NCBI GenBank assembly: GCA_031316235.1
Contig: JALDRA010000001.1
Span: 780,001-812,000 of the forward strand
Length of the DNA: 32,000 bases
Source: Candidatus Scalindua sp.
GTDB taxonomy: Bacteria > Planctomycetota > Brocadiia > Brocadiales > Scalinduaceae
Reading direction: 5' to 3'
Part shown: positions 18,726 to 27,499 of the stretch, one piece after another
Numbering within the stretch: the first letter of the stretch is position 1
Layout of the letters: every line of letters starts with the position of its first letter
Notes under the pieces: generated by a model
Told to the model about the DNA's origin: nothing
The model's input: the letters and a program-made list of their open reading frames with translations, nothing else
Database searches by the model: none
Program-made: the position numbers and the translations under genes

Positions 18726-20233
18726 AATTTCCTCCCAAACACGGCATGAATATATTCAGACGGATCAAGCAACTGTTCGGCTGCGCGTGTGGCCAGGGTG
18801 AAGAACGGCTCTGCTGCCAAGCCCAACAGGACAGTTACAATGGCCAGTAATACAACGGGACTGAGAAAAAAGATTTGCGATTTTCTTGAAATTTGCGTCT
18901 GTTCGGAACCCATATATTCAGATTTAGTTGGCTCTGGTTTCCAAAAGGCTTCGCCCCAGATTTTTATCATAGAGAACAGGGTCAGGAGGCTGACGCCCAG
19001 AGCGGTGATCACTATGGCATATTGCTGCATTTCCAATCCAGCCTTTACCAGGGCAAGTTTGGCGAAAAAACCTGAAAGTGGCGGAATTCCAGCCAGGGAC
19101 ATTGCCGGTATCATAAACAATACGGCCAGGCCAGGCTTATTCCGGTAAAGCCCACCCAAATTCTTTAATTCATACGTTCTGTCAAGATGGTAAACCACAC
19201 CGCTTATCAGGAACAGATTTGTTTTCACTATGATATGGTGAATGATATAAAACACGGAACCGGCCAGAGCCAGCGGTGTGAACAAGGCCAGCCCCATGAT
19301 CATATATCCGATCTGGCTGATTATATGAAAGGACAAAATACGTCGAAACTCATTCTGCGCCATTGCCCCTAATACTCCTGTAACCATGGTTAATCCGGAA
19401 GCAATCAAAATCAATGTATGTGTGAAGCCCACGTCCTGTACAAAAAACAGGGTAAAGGAGCGGATCATGGCATAAACGCCCACCTTTGTCAGCAGACCAG
19501 CAAAGATAGCCGATACTGCCACCGGCGGTGTATGATACGAATCCGGCAGCCAGAAGAAAAGGGGAAAAATGGCCGCTTTTATCCCGAAAGCAATCAAGAA
19601 CAACATTGCCGAACTGTTAATCAGGTTGGACTGGGGTTCGAGGCTCAGTTTATAGGCCAGGTCGGCCATATTCAAGGTGCCGATTTTGCCGTACAATATT
19701 CCTATGCCCGCCAGAAACAGGGCCGAAGAAATCAGGTTCAGCGTAACGTACTTCAATGCGCCTTCAATCTGTGCCCTTTCGCCACCCAGGGCCATTAACA
19801 CGAACGAAGAAATCAGCAAGACTTCAAACCAGACGTAAAGGTTGAACAAGTCGCCGGTCAGGAATGCGCCGCACACACCCATTAACATAATGTGCAGGAG
19901 GGAGTAGTAGCCAAACTTCTCACGCTGCGCGTCCATACTTGCCAGGGAGTAAACGGCAACGGCAAATCCCATCAGCCCCGCCAGCGTAACCATGATAGCG
20001 CCAAAGAGATCGGCAACCAGCGTGATGCCGTAAGGCGCCGGCCAGTTGCCTATTTGCACAGCCTGGATGCCATCACCCTCTACCATTTTTAAAAGCGCCA
20101 GCGCTGCACCCAGTAAACCTGCTGCCCCTGCTACTCCCAGGATGCGCTGCGCCAATATCCAACGCCTGACAAACAGGGAGGCGATAGCGGTGGCAAAAGG
20201 AATTAGAATGGGCAAAACAATTAATAGCTTCAA
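18722..20233 (-). CDS. mrpD: Mrp/Mnh subunit D (NuoN/ND2-like proton-translocating subunit)
   Basis: A 503-aa polytopic protein with the NADH-quinone oxidoreductase chain-like pattern ([25 protein letters not shown]). Confidence 0.88.
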   Translation of the reverse strand: MKLLIVLPILIPFATAIASLFVRRWILAQRILGVAGAAGLLGAALALLKMVEGDGIQAVQIGNWPAPYGITLVADLFGAIMVTLAGLMGFAVAVYSLASMDAQREKFGYYSLLHIMLMGVCGAFLTGDLFNLYVWFEVLLISSFVLMALGGERAQIEGALKYVTLNLISSALFLAGIGILYGKIGTLNMADLAYKLSLEPQSNLINSSAMLFLIAFGIKAAIFPLFFWLPDSYHTPPVAVSAIFAGLLTKVGVYAMIRSFTLFFVQDVGFTHTLILIASGLTMVTGVLGAMAQNEFRRILSFHIISQIGYMIMGLALFTPLALAGSVFYIIHHIIVKTNLFLISGVVYHLDRTYELKNLGGLYRNKPGLAVLFMIPAMSLAGIPPLSGFFAKLALVKAGLEMQQYAIVITALGVSLLTLFSMIKIWGEAFWKPEPTKSEYMGSEQTQISRKSQIFFLSPVVLLAIVTVLLGLAAEPFFTLATRAAEQLLDPSEYIHAVFGRKL

Positions 20234-20577
20234 GTATCTATTCCTTTCATTTTATCCATGTCGTCCGTTCCGATTGTCTGGTAGGCACGATGAACCAGAA
20301 CAAGAATAAAGGCTAACACGCCAAAACCAATGACGATGGCTGTCAGAATTAGCGCTTGAGGCAACGGGTCTGCGTACGGCTGCGCCAGAGTTTCAGCTCC
20401 TTCTATAACCAGCGGCGGCCGGCCGCGAGTCAAACCACTTGCTGTAAAGATAAGCAAGTTGGTGGCGTTTAACAGCAATATAAACCCAATGACCAGTTTG
20501 ACAATGCTGCGCCGCAGCATCGAATAAAACCCTGCGGCATATAGGCCTCCGATCACAATAGCAAGAACCGTATCCAT
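20230..20577 (-). CDS. mrpC: Mrp/Mnh subunit C (NuoK-like)
   Basis: A 115-aa three-helix protein in the canonical order, with a 4-nt overlap with mrpD. Confidence 0.82.
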   Translation of the reverse strand: MDTVLAIVIGGLYAAGFYSMLRRSIVKLVIGFILLLNATNLLIFTASGLTRGRPPLVIEGAETLAQPYADPLPQALILTAIVIGFGVLAFILVLVHRAYQTIGTDDMDKMKGIDT

Positions 20578-20586
20578 ATTTACTAT

Positions 20587-21000
20587 TTACTCCTCTGCCA
20601 GTGAAAAAACGATAGTTGTCGTAACCCCGATAACTACGAGATAAACGCCTGCGTCAAACACGAGAGGAGTGCCGATAGGTAATTTACCCAACCAGGGCAT
20701 GTTTAATACACTCCATTCACTCGACATAAATGGTTGATCATTAAAAAATGAGCGTATGCTGCTGCCGAATGCAACCAGAAGCCCAATGGCAATGAGTGTG
20801 TATGGTGCAATCAGTAATTTCCGGCTCGCTTCTGCCACTCCATGGGCGATGGCATAAAAAACAAACGCTCCGGCTGCGAGCAATCCTCCGATAAACCCTC
20901 CGCCCGGGGCATTATGCCCGCGTAGCAATATTATAACAGAAAATAATAAGAATATAGGCATCAGATAACGGGCAGCCGTGCGCAGAATTATTGAATCCAT
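20587..21000 (-). CDS. mrpB: Mrp/Mnh subunit B
   Basis: A 137-aa membrane protein containing RGHNAPGGGFIGGL, a typical MnhB motif. Its start directly abuts the mrpA stop. Confidence 0.82.
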   Translation of the reverse strand: MDSIILRTAARYLMPIFLLFSVIILLRGHNAPGGGFIGGLLAAGAFVFYAIAHGVAEASRKLLIAPYTLIAIGLLVAFGSSIRSFFNDQPFMSSEWSVLNMPWLGKLPIGTPLVFDAGVYLVVIGVTTTIVFSLAEE

Positions 21001-23307
21001 TTATACCCCCTTCGGCTTGAGTTTCAACTTAAGCAATGCGTAAACACCGATGCCGGCAACAGCAAGTACCGTAATTTCCCCCAGTGTATCAAGGGCGCGA
21101 AAATCTACCAGAATAACGTTGACGATATTACGCCCGTGGGCAAGCGGCACACTATTCTCTGCAAAATAACTGGAGATGGTTGGATGAAATTGAACGTTGG
21201 TTGCCTTTAACACCAAAGCGGTCATGGTTCCGCCGGCAAATAATGAGATCAATGCGTCGCGGATACGCACTGTTACACTGGATAATTTAGAAAAGTTTGG
21301 TAGATGATAAACCACCAGCACGAATAAGATAACGGTTAATGTTTCAATCAGAATCTGGGTATTGGCCAGGTCTGGCGCTCCATGAATAATATAAATCAAG
21401 GCCACACTGTATCCCACCACACCAAGTGCTGCAACCGCTGTCAATCTGGAGTTGGTTAGAATCGACAGCAATGCTCCCATCAAGATGAGAGCCGCCAGTC
21501 CTGCTTCATAAAACTGTATATTCGACAGGTTAACCGGCCCATGCAATCCTCCTAAACTAATCAGCGCGTACAATACCAGAGCCGTGGTAACGGTAAAAAT
21601 AATTAACAGATAATAACGCTGATATCCGCTCTGTATTATTCTGGTCTGCAGAGAGGCTATCGCCATCAACCCATCGAGTGACTGTTTATACAGGTGCGTA
21701 GGGCTAAGTACGACAACATTGCTCAATTGTGACAGGACTTTTATCAGCTTGCTTCTTACTGCAAATAATCCCAACCCGCCAGCAACGGTAATGGCACCTA
21801 TGGCAAGCACCGGATTCAGGCCATGCCACAAGGCCAGTTTTACGGGAACCGGATGTCCGATTATGGCCGATACGGCTGGAGCTATCAGGGAGGTGTCGAC
21901 CAGACCAGGCGCCACACCACAGGCCAATCCTGAACCAGCCAATAACACAGGCCCCAGCCACAAACTTGCCGTCGGCTCATCTGGTTTTTTGGGCAGGGTA
22001 TTTTTACGTCCGATGAACGGGAGAATACCTGCCATCCCGGCCGCCGCAAACAATAACATGCCCGTCAACATAGATACGCCAGTTAATAGATGAGCAGCCG
22101 ATTGGGCCGTTAATCCTGCTTCATAAAAAAGTTCTTTTCCAATAAAACCGAAGAAAGGCGGAAACCCGGACATCGACAGCGCAGCCAGTCCGGCAGCGAT
22201 TGCCGTAATCGGCATGACACGCCACAGGCCACCGAGCCGGTTCACATCGCGCATGCCGGTTTCATGATCAACAGCGCCTGCTACTAAAAACAGGGCAGCC
22301 TTGTACAAGACATGACCAACCAGGAAAACCATGGCTGCCTTAATCGCCAATTCCGTACCTAAACCCAGGAGCATGGTTAGAATACCCAGAACACTTACTG
22401 TGGAGTATGCCAGGATGAGTTTGAGGTCGGACTGCTGGATGGCCATATATGCGCCAACCACCATGGTCGTAGCGCCTGCGGTGGTGAGGGAATAGAGCCA
22501 GAGATCGGTGCCTCCCAGAACGGGGCTCAGGCGGGCCAGCAGGTAAATACCCGCCTTCACCATGGTTGCGGAATGCAGATAAGCGCTGACCGGAGTGGGC
22601 GCTTCCATTGCACTCGGCAACCAGAAATGAAAAGGAACCTGAGCAGATTTGGTAAAGGCGCCGGCCAGAACGAGGAGTAGAATTGGGACATAAAGCTGGT
22701 GATTTCGTATCGCATCGCCGCTGTTTAGCAAGTTGGAAAGCTCCAGGCAGTCGCCGGCCTGTCCCAACAAGATAAATCCCGCCAATAAGGCCAGTCCCCC
22801 AATACCGGTTACCAGCAGCGCCTGTAGCGCCGCTGCGCGTGATTCATGACGATCGTGTTCAAAACCGATCAGGAAATATGAGCTCAGGCTGGTTAGCTCC
22901 CAGAATACAAAAAGTGTAATCAGGTTATCTGCCAGAACAACCCCGAGCATCGAGGCCATGAACATCAAGATATAGAGGTAAAATCTGCCAAGGCAAGGAT
23001 GCCCGGACAAGTACCTGCCTGCGTATATCAGTATCAGAGCTCCGATACTGCTGATTAGCAAAGCAAAGAGCAGGCTCAAGCCATCTAAATAAAAGGAAAG
23101 ATTAATCCCTAAACTTGGTATCCATCGAAAGGATTCGGTCATGATCTCGCCTGAGCGTACTTGTGGAATAAGGCTTGAAAAGTAGGCCGCCAGACCCAGT
23201 GGCAGCATGGCAGCAATCCAACCGGTTGCTCCACGTCCGATCCGATACAAAACTGGAGCGAAAAGCGCCAGCACAAAAACAGACAAAATTGAAGTAATTA
23301 TCCCCAT
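21001..23307 (-). CDS. mrpA: Mrp/Mnh subunit A (NuoL/ND5-like, with a fused MrpB-like C-terminal domain)
   Basis: A ~770-aa polytopic protein with [26 protein letters not shown] prefer the in-frame ATG at 23307 ([10 protein letters not shown]...). The track ORF starts at a GTG at 23346. Confidence 0.88.
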   Translation of the reverse strand: MGIITSILSVFVLALFAPVLYRIGRGATGWIAAMLPLGLAAYFSSLIPQVRSGEIMTESFRWIPSLGINLSFYLDGLSLLFALLISSIGALILIYAGRYLSGHPCLGRFYLYILMFMASMLGVVLADNLITLFVFWELTSLSSYFLIGFEHDRHESRAAALQALLVTGIGGLALLAGFILLGQAGDCLELSNLLNSGDAIRNHQLYVPILLLVLAGAFTKSAQVPFHFWLPSAMEAPTPVSAYLHSATMVKAGIYLLARLSPVLGGTDLWLYSLTTAGATTMVVGAYMAIQQSDLKLILAYSTVSVLGILTMLLGLGTELAIKAAMVFLVGHVLYKAALFLVAGAVDHETGMRDVNRLGGLWRVMPITAIAAGLAALSMSGFPPFFGFIGKELFYEAGLTAQSAAHLLTGVSMLTGMLLFAAAGMAGILPFIGRKNTLPKKPDEPTASLWLGPVLLAGSGLACGVAPGLVDTSLIAPAVSAIIGHPVPVKLALWHGLNPVLAIGAITVAGGLGLFAVRSKLIKVLSQLSNVVVLSPTHLYKQSLDGLMAIASLQTRIIQSGYQRYYLLIIFTVTTALVLYALISLGGLHGPVNLSNIQFYEAGLAALILMGALLSILTNSRLTAVAALGVVGYSVALIYIIHGAPDLANTQILIETLTVILFVLVVYHLPNFSKLSSVTVRIRDALISLFAGGTMTALVLKATNVQFHPTISSYFAENSVPLAHGRNIVNVILVDFRALDTLGEITVLAVAGIGVYALLKLKLKPKGV

Positions 23308-23371
23308 AGTGTGATGATCAGATCCATTATAAGTCAATTCGCCCACTCTGGCGTTAAAATTTTTTGTGATG

Positions 23372-23461
23372 GATGATAGGATGATGAAAGGAATTTGCTT
23401 TTTTGAGATTCTGCGATTTTAGATAAAATGTTAATTAAACACAAGTGCTTTTTGGGTGTTA
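23372..23461. repeat. Cassette-junction direct repeat R1 (~90 bp, with an 11-bp internal insertion at 23380-23390)
   Basis: It aligns base-for-base with R2 and R4 from GATGATAGG through ...GGGTGTTA. The exceptions are an imperfect tandem duplication (GATGATGAAAG) and one T/C difference. Similarity decays after 23461. Confidence 0.9.
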
Positions 23462-23870
23462 TGTCCTGTATTGATCTACTTTGTTATAAAAGTGGATGAA
23501 AAAGAGAAAATATGGAGATTTGAATATAAGTAACGGTGTTTTTGTGATGACTTGTCAAAAAGTATACATACCTCTCCTGGGATTCCTGCATTATGGCAAA
23601 TTTTCAAGAGAGAAGGTATTACGGATTCTATATTGCTATCTGGTATCTCTACGATATAATCAACTTTTATGGTTGCCTGCATAAGAGTTCCTTTTTTTAA
23701 GTTTCTGGATACTCGTATCTTAAAGTGAACTCACCTGTTTTGTAACCTTTTATTCTTTGAGTCTCCCAATTGTTACGCTGTTAGAAAATTTATACTTGTA
23801 TTACGGATAAGAAGTTAAGAGAACAAATTAATATATAAACATAGATACTACATTTGAAGGAGTGATTTAT

Positions 23871-24587
23871 ATGTCAAATCAATTTAATAAAGACGAAAGA
23901 ATCGGTAAGATAGTTATAGATTTCCCTGAATCTGCTGAAATTTTCATGAAACATGAAATAGACTTTTGCTGTGGTGGAGACAGATCAGTAGAAGTAGCTA
24001 TAACAGAGGATAATCCTGAAGTGGAAGTAGATGCAGTATTAAGTGAAATAAATGAAGCTTATGACAACTTCTTAAGTGAAGACTATAAGCAATCTGACTG
24101 GGAAAGCAAGAGTATGACAGAATTACTTGAATTTGTAGAAAATACTCACCATGCTTTTATGAAAAAGACTTTACCAATAACAGAGGAACTTCTATTGAAA
24201 ATATTTAAAGTTCATTATTCAGATGACAAGGACCTTCTTACAGAAATGTATAAACTTTTCATGTTATTAAATTTAGATATAAATATACATTTAATAAAAG
24301 AAGAAGAAGAGTTCTTCCCAGCAATAAGAGAATATGAAAGGACTCAAGACAAAGATGAATTAAAAAAAGTTTTAAAAATGATTTCAGATGCAGAAGATGA
24401 ACACGATGCGGCGGGAGATATTCTTAAAAGCTTGAGAAAATTAACTAATAACTACACATTACCAGAATATGGATGTACTACTTTCAGAATAGTTTATGAT
24501 AAAATGCAAGAAATAGAATCAGACTTGTTTCAACACATTCATTTAGAAAATAATTTACTTTTCTATAAGTTAAAAACAGAACAATAA
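23871..24587 (+). CDS. scdA: Iron-sulfur cluster repair di-iron protein (RIC; ScdA/YtfE family)
   Basis: The N-terminal ScdA_N motif is IDFCCGG. Hemerythrin-like H/E motifs follow (HHAFMKK, EEEEFFP, EHDAAGD, HIHLENNLLF). AAGGAG lies 8 nt upstream of the ATG at 23871. A hand count of line 23881-23940 gives 18/60 G+C. Confidence 0.85.
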   Translation: MSNQFNKDERIGKIVIDFPESAEIFMKHEIDFCCGGDRSVEVAITEDNPEVEVDAVLSEINEAYDNFLSEDYKQSDWESKSMTELLEFVENTHHAFMKKTLPITEELLLKIFKVHYSDDKDLLTEMYKLFMLLNLDINIHLIKEEEEFFPAIREYERTQDKDELKKVLKMISDAEDEHDAAGDILKSLRKLTNNYTLPEYGCTTFRIVYDKMQEIESDLFQHIHLENNLLFYKLKTEQ

Positions 24588-24676
24588 TAAATTGTGAAGT
24601 GGGCCCCATTTCATATTTACACTATATGAGGCCATTTCCTGATTTGAAGGGGTTGTTGTGTTTCAGATTAGGGTTT

Positions 24677-25375
24677 TCAAGCCGGTACATCAATCATGAT
24701 GAATTCAGAAGAATCAGTCGCCACGATTTCAAGGGATAATTCATTTTTAATTCTGGCTTGATCACGCGTTTCGATTATAGCGTTGTTTACTTCTGCTTTG
24801 CCTTTAATCATGTAGATAAAGGGATTTCTGTTTTCATCGAATTCAAGGTCAAGCCGTTTTCCTTTTTCAAGGACTGCTCTGTAAATGGATGCTTCTGTGT
24901 TCAGAGAGACAATGCCTTCACCAGGTGTATCCGATGCTAAAAGTTTAATTTTGTTCTGCCATAAATCCGGTTTAAATCCTTTCTGAGCATAGGAAGGTTC
25001 AAGCCCCCTTTTATCTGGATTGATCCAGATCTGAAAAAAATAAACCGGTTTATCGCTCAGGTTTCGTTCCGAATGATAGAGTCCGGTTCCGGCTGTCATG
25101 CGCTGGACATCATTTTTCCTTATAGTGGTTGTATTACCCATGGTATCTTCATGAACCATTTCACCATCAAGGACAATGGATATAATCTCCATTTCCTCAT
25201 GGGGATGAGTATCAAATCCTTTTTGTGCTTTAACAATATCATCATTAAACACGCGCAGTCTTCCATGGGAAATGTTTTCAGGATCATGATAGTTGCTGAA
25301 CGAAAACAACCAATATGTTTGAAGCCAACCAAAGTCATTGAAGTGCCTATCATTTGATTTTACGATTTGTATCAT
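24677..25375 (-). CDS. Pirin-family cupin (YhhW/quercetinase-like)
   Basis: FDTHPHEEMEIISIVLDGEMVHED and MTAGTGLYHSE are the two pirin cupin metal-binding motifs. The 232 aa length fits. Confidence 0.85.
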   Translation of the reverse strand: MIQIVKSNDRHFNDFGWLQTYWLFSFSNYHDPENISHGRLRVFNDDIVKAQKGFDTHPHEEMEIISIVLDGEMVHEDTMGNTTTIRKNDVQRMTAGTGLYHSERNLSDKPVYFFQIWINPDKRGLEPSYAQKGFKPDLWQNKIKLLASDTPGEGIVSLNTEASIYRAVLEKGKRLDLEFDENRNPFIYMIKGKAEVNNAIIETRDQARIKNELSLEIVATDSSEFIMIDVPA

Positions 25376-25500
25376 GTCGATATTCCTTTCATTAATGTTT
25401 AAGATAAATCAACTGTTTTCAAGTCCGAGCTTTTTTAACAATTCGCCGAGCTGTGTTTGCTCGTCAGTATCCTGTACTGAAAAAAACAGAGTCTGCAATT

Positions 25501-25655
25501 GATGATAGGAATTTGCTTTTTTGAGATTCTGCGATTTTAGATAAAATGTTAATAAAACACAAGTGCTTTCTGGGTGTTACGCCCGGCAAAGGGAAGGCGA
25601 CCTTGATTGTTACCAAGGGCATAATGGGGGTCGATAACCGTCACGGCCAAACTCA
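25501..25655. repeat. Cassette-junction direct repeat R2 (long form, ~155 bp; right side cut by a group II intron)
   Basis: It matches R4 over its whole length, with about six differences and without the hairpin-element insertion. The match ends at ...AAACTCA, where intron domain VI-like sequence begins. Confidence 0.9.
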
Positions 25656-26262
25656 ATCTGGTAGGAAGCGGCCTAAAGGTCGCCCCCTCCCAACAGAACG
25701 GATCGTACCGGCCAGGTAAGCCGCTCCTCGATTAGTGACCAAAATAAAATTTGAGATTCCGCTCCGTGAAACTGTCTAATGAAATTAGACCCTTTTGTCT
25801 GAACCACTTCAAGCTTAGAACAAAACGGACTTGCGGTCTTGTTACAGATTGCCATTTTGACATCTTTACCCATGTCTTCTTGGCTTCCACCGCTTTGTAT
25901 CCCGCTCGGTACATCATCCTTTGGAATTTCCCGGGCTTCTTCCACTTCTTTAGCTGCATTGATCGTAGTCTACTCCTGGTAAACTCGTCTAATTGTCGAA
26001 ATATCTGCTTTAATTCCTGTACTCGAAAGTAGCCAACCCAGCCCTGCAAGTAGTCAGTTAATTCTTGAATAATCTGATGCATGGACAAGGGGTTGTTGCG
26101 CTTACTCATTTCCCGTACTTTATTCTTAAAGATATTTACTGCCTTTGTGCTAATTCGTATCTTACCCCTGAGTATCTGAAAACCCAAAAATGTAGCCCGT
26201 TTTGTCTCTATTACGTCACTTCTCTCTCTATTGACTCGTAGCTCTAACTCATCCTTTAACTC
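25656..26262 (-). mobile_element. Group II intron remnant: 3' ~600 nt (RT/maturase C-terminus plus domains V-VI), 5'-truncated
   Basis: The minus-strand ORF encodes the maturase/X-domain pattern (LTDYLQGWVGYFR...). Downstream, GAGCGGCTTACCTGGCCGGTACGATCCGTTC (25726-25696) folds as a domain V with the AGC triad, a 2-nt CG bulge and the closing GAGC../..GTTC helix. It is followed by a domain VI-like helix (GGAGGGGGCGACC/GGCCGCTTCC) and ...CTACCAGAT. Confidence 0.8.
25732..26262 (-). pseudogene. Group II intron reverse transcriptase/maturase, C-terminal fragment only
   Basis: The in-frame reading extends upstream of the track ORF (ELKDELELRVNRERSDVIETKRATFLGFQILRGKIRIS...), which is RT domain 7 followed by the X domain. 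It is cut off near 26262 by unrelated sequence, so RT domains 0-6 are absent. Confidence 0.8.
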
Positions 26263-26358
26263 ACGCTAGCATCAAAAGAAGCCGGTTTTATCACCGGTCA
26301 AACCATAATCATTGATGGGGGGCAGATTCTGCCCGAATCGCCTGAAGCGCTGCTCTAA
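26263..26358 (+). pseudogene. Short-chain dehydrogenase/reductase, C-terminal 31-aa fragment
   Basis: My own translation gives TLASKEAGFITGQTIIIDGGQILPESPEALL*, the typical SDR C-terminus (..ITGQ.I.VDGG..). No upstream part exists. The fragment is flanked by TCACGCT on both sides (26261-26267 and 26360-26366). Confidence 0.7.
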
Positions 26359-26575
26359 GTCACGCTCAGACCGCTACTCCCCGAAAAAGACACTTTATCC
26401 GCCAGGTTTGAGGATTCAATGCCCTTTAGAGGAGGTGGGGGTAAAAACTTGATCATCGAATTATAAGTATTTTTTACATTGGTTGTATTAAAAAGTATAC
26501 TTGGTAATTAAGAACCGCTACTATGGCTTATCAAGAAAGGATCTACTCAGGGGTTGACTAAGACTGAGAGAAACT

Positions 26576-27090
26576 ATGGTAGAAGTCGGATATTTAAGGG
26601 TTAGCCCTGTCGGTCAGGCTACATACCGGTAGCTTACCGATATTAACCAGGATAAAACATTTACTGACAAAATATCCGGAGCATCTTTCAATAGGCCTGA
26701 GATGCAAGCCTGTTTCGAATATCTGCGGGAAGGTGACAGGCTCCATGTCCATTCGATGGACCAGTTGGCCTGAAATCTTGCAGATCTCCAAAGGATAGTT
26801 GAGAATCTCAACGCCCAGGGCATTGTCGTGAAATTTCACAAAGAGGGTCTGGAGTTCATCGGGGAGGATTCCCCTATGGCCCGATTGCTCATGCAAATGA
26901 TGGGAGCCGTTGCCGAATTTGAACGATCCTTGATCCGTGAACGGCAGGCCGAAGGTATAAAAAAACTCGGGAGAGAGGCGTAATGTTCAGCATGAAATTT
27001 AAACTCAATGATTCTCAGAAACGGGAGATCATCGCCCTGGTGGATGCTGGTCAGACAAAAAAGGCTGTGGCTGTCATGTTTACGATCGTA
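26576..27090 (+). pseudogene. Serine recombinase (resolvase/invertase) pseudogene
   Basis: MVEVGYLRVSPVGQATYR*... continues in frame as ...LHVHSMDQLA*NLADLQRIVENLNAQGIVVKF...EFERSLIRERQAEGI. It has in-frame TAG (26630-26632) and TGA stops where family members have Q/R codons. A frameshift precedes the HTH part (KLNDSQKREIIALVDAGQTKK). Confidence 0.8.
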
Positions 27091-27138
27091 TGTTTAAGAA
27101 GAGCTTTTGCAGCGCTTTTGACGAATCAGATTTATTAG

Positions 27139-27199
27139 GCATTATTTGATACAATTAAGACAAATTCAACAGATTTATCATAATTGTATCAAATAATGC
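27139..27199. repeat. Perfect 19-bp inverted repeat with a 23-nt spacer
   Basis: GCATTATTTGATACAATTA (27139-27157) is the exact reverse complement of TAATTGTATCAAATAATGC (27181-27199). It sits between the resolvase remnant and the Y1-transposase remnant. Confidence 0.7.
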
Positions 27200-27260
27200 G
27201 ACAAACTGCAAACTCGCAGCAAGTAAAATCAATTACTTACAAGGAATGGACTCTTCTCTT

Positions 27261-27389
27261 TTAAGAAAAATGTGATCCAAGAAAATTGCCATGATCCTGA
27301 TCATCACTGAAAATATTGCGCCGCCCGGTTCTGTGGGCGATGATATGATGCAGAGCACCGGGAGCATCAATTCTGGATTGGCGTGGCAT
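27261..27389 (-). pseudogene. IS200-like/RayT-like Y1 (HUH) transposase, N-terminal 42-codon fragment
   Basis: My own translation gives MPRQSRIDAPGALHHIIAHRTGRRNIFSDDQDHGNFLGSHFS*. The pattern MPR..R...PG..HH...R...R..IF.DD.D...FL matches the N-terminus of REP-associated/IS200-like tyrosine transposases. It is prematurely terminated. Confidence 0.6.
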
Positions 27390-27499
27390 CGTGGCATAAA
27401 TGTTCATTATAAGGTCGATGATCGTCTGTAAAGTTTAAAGAATGAGAGCGTCCTTCATCTTCCCGGGCCGATGATTCCAAAGCCCATTTCGTATCCTGT

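Noticed and set aside
25744-25770. A fifth partial copy of the repeat (TTTGAGATTCCGC versus TTTGAGATTCTGCG).
   Set aside because: Only about 12 contiguous matching bases, with no flanking similarity. It lies inside the intron maturase reading frame, so it is most likely chance.
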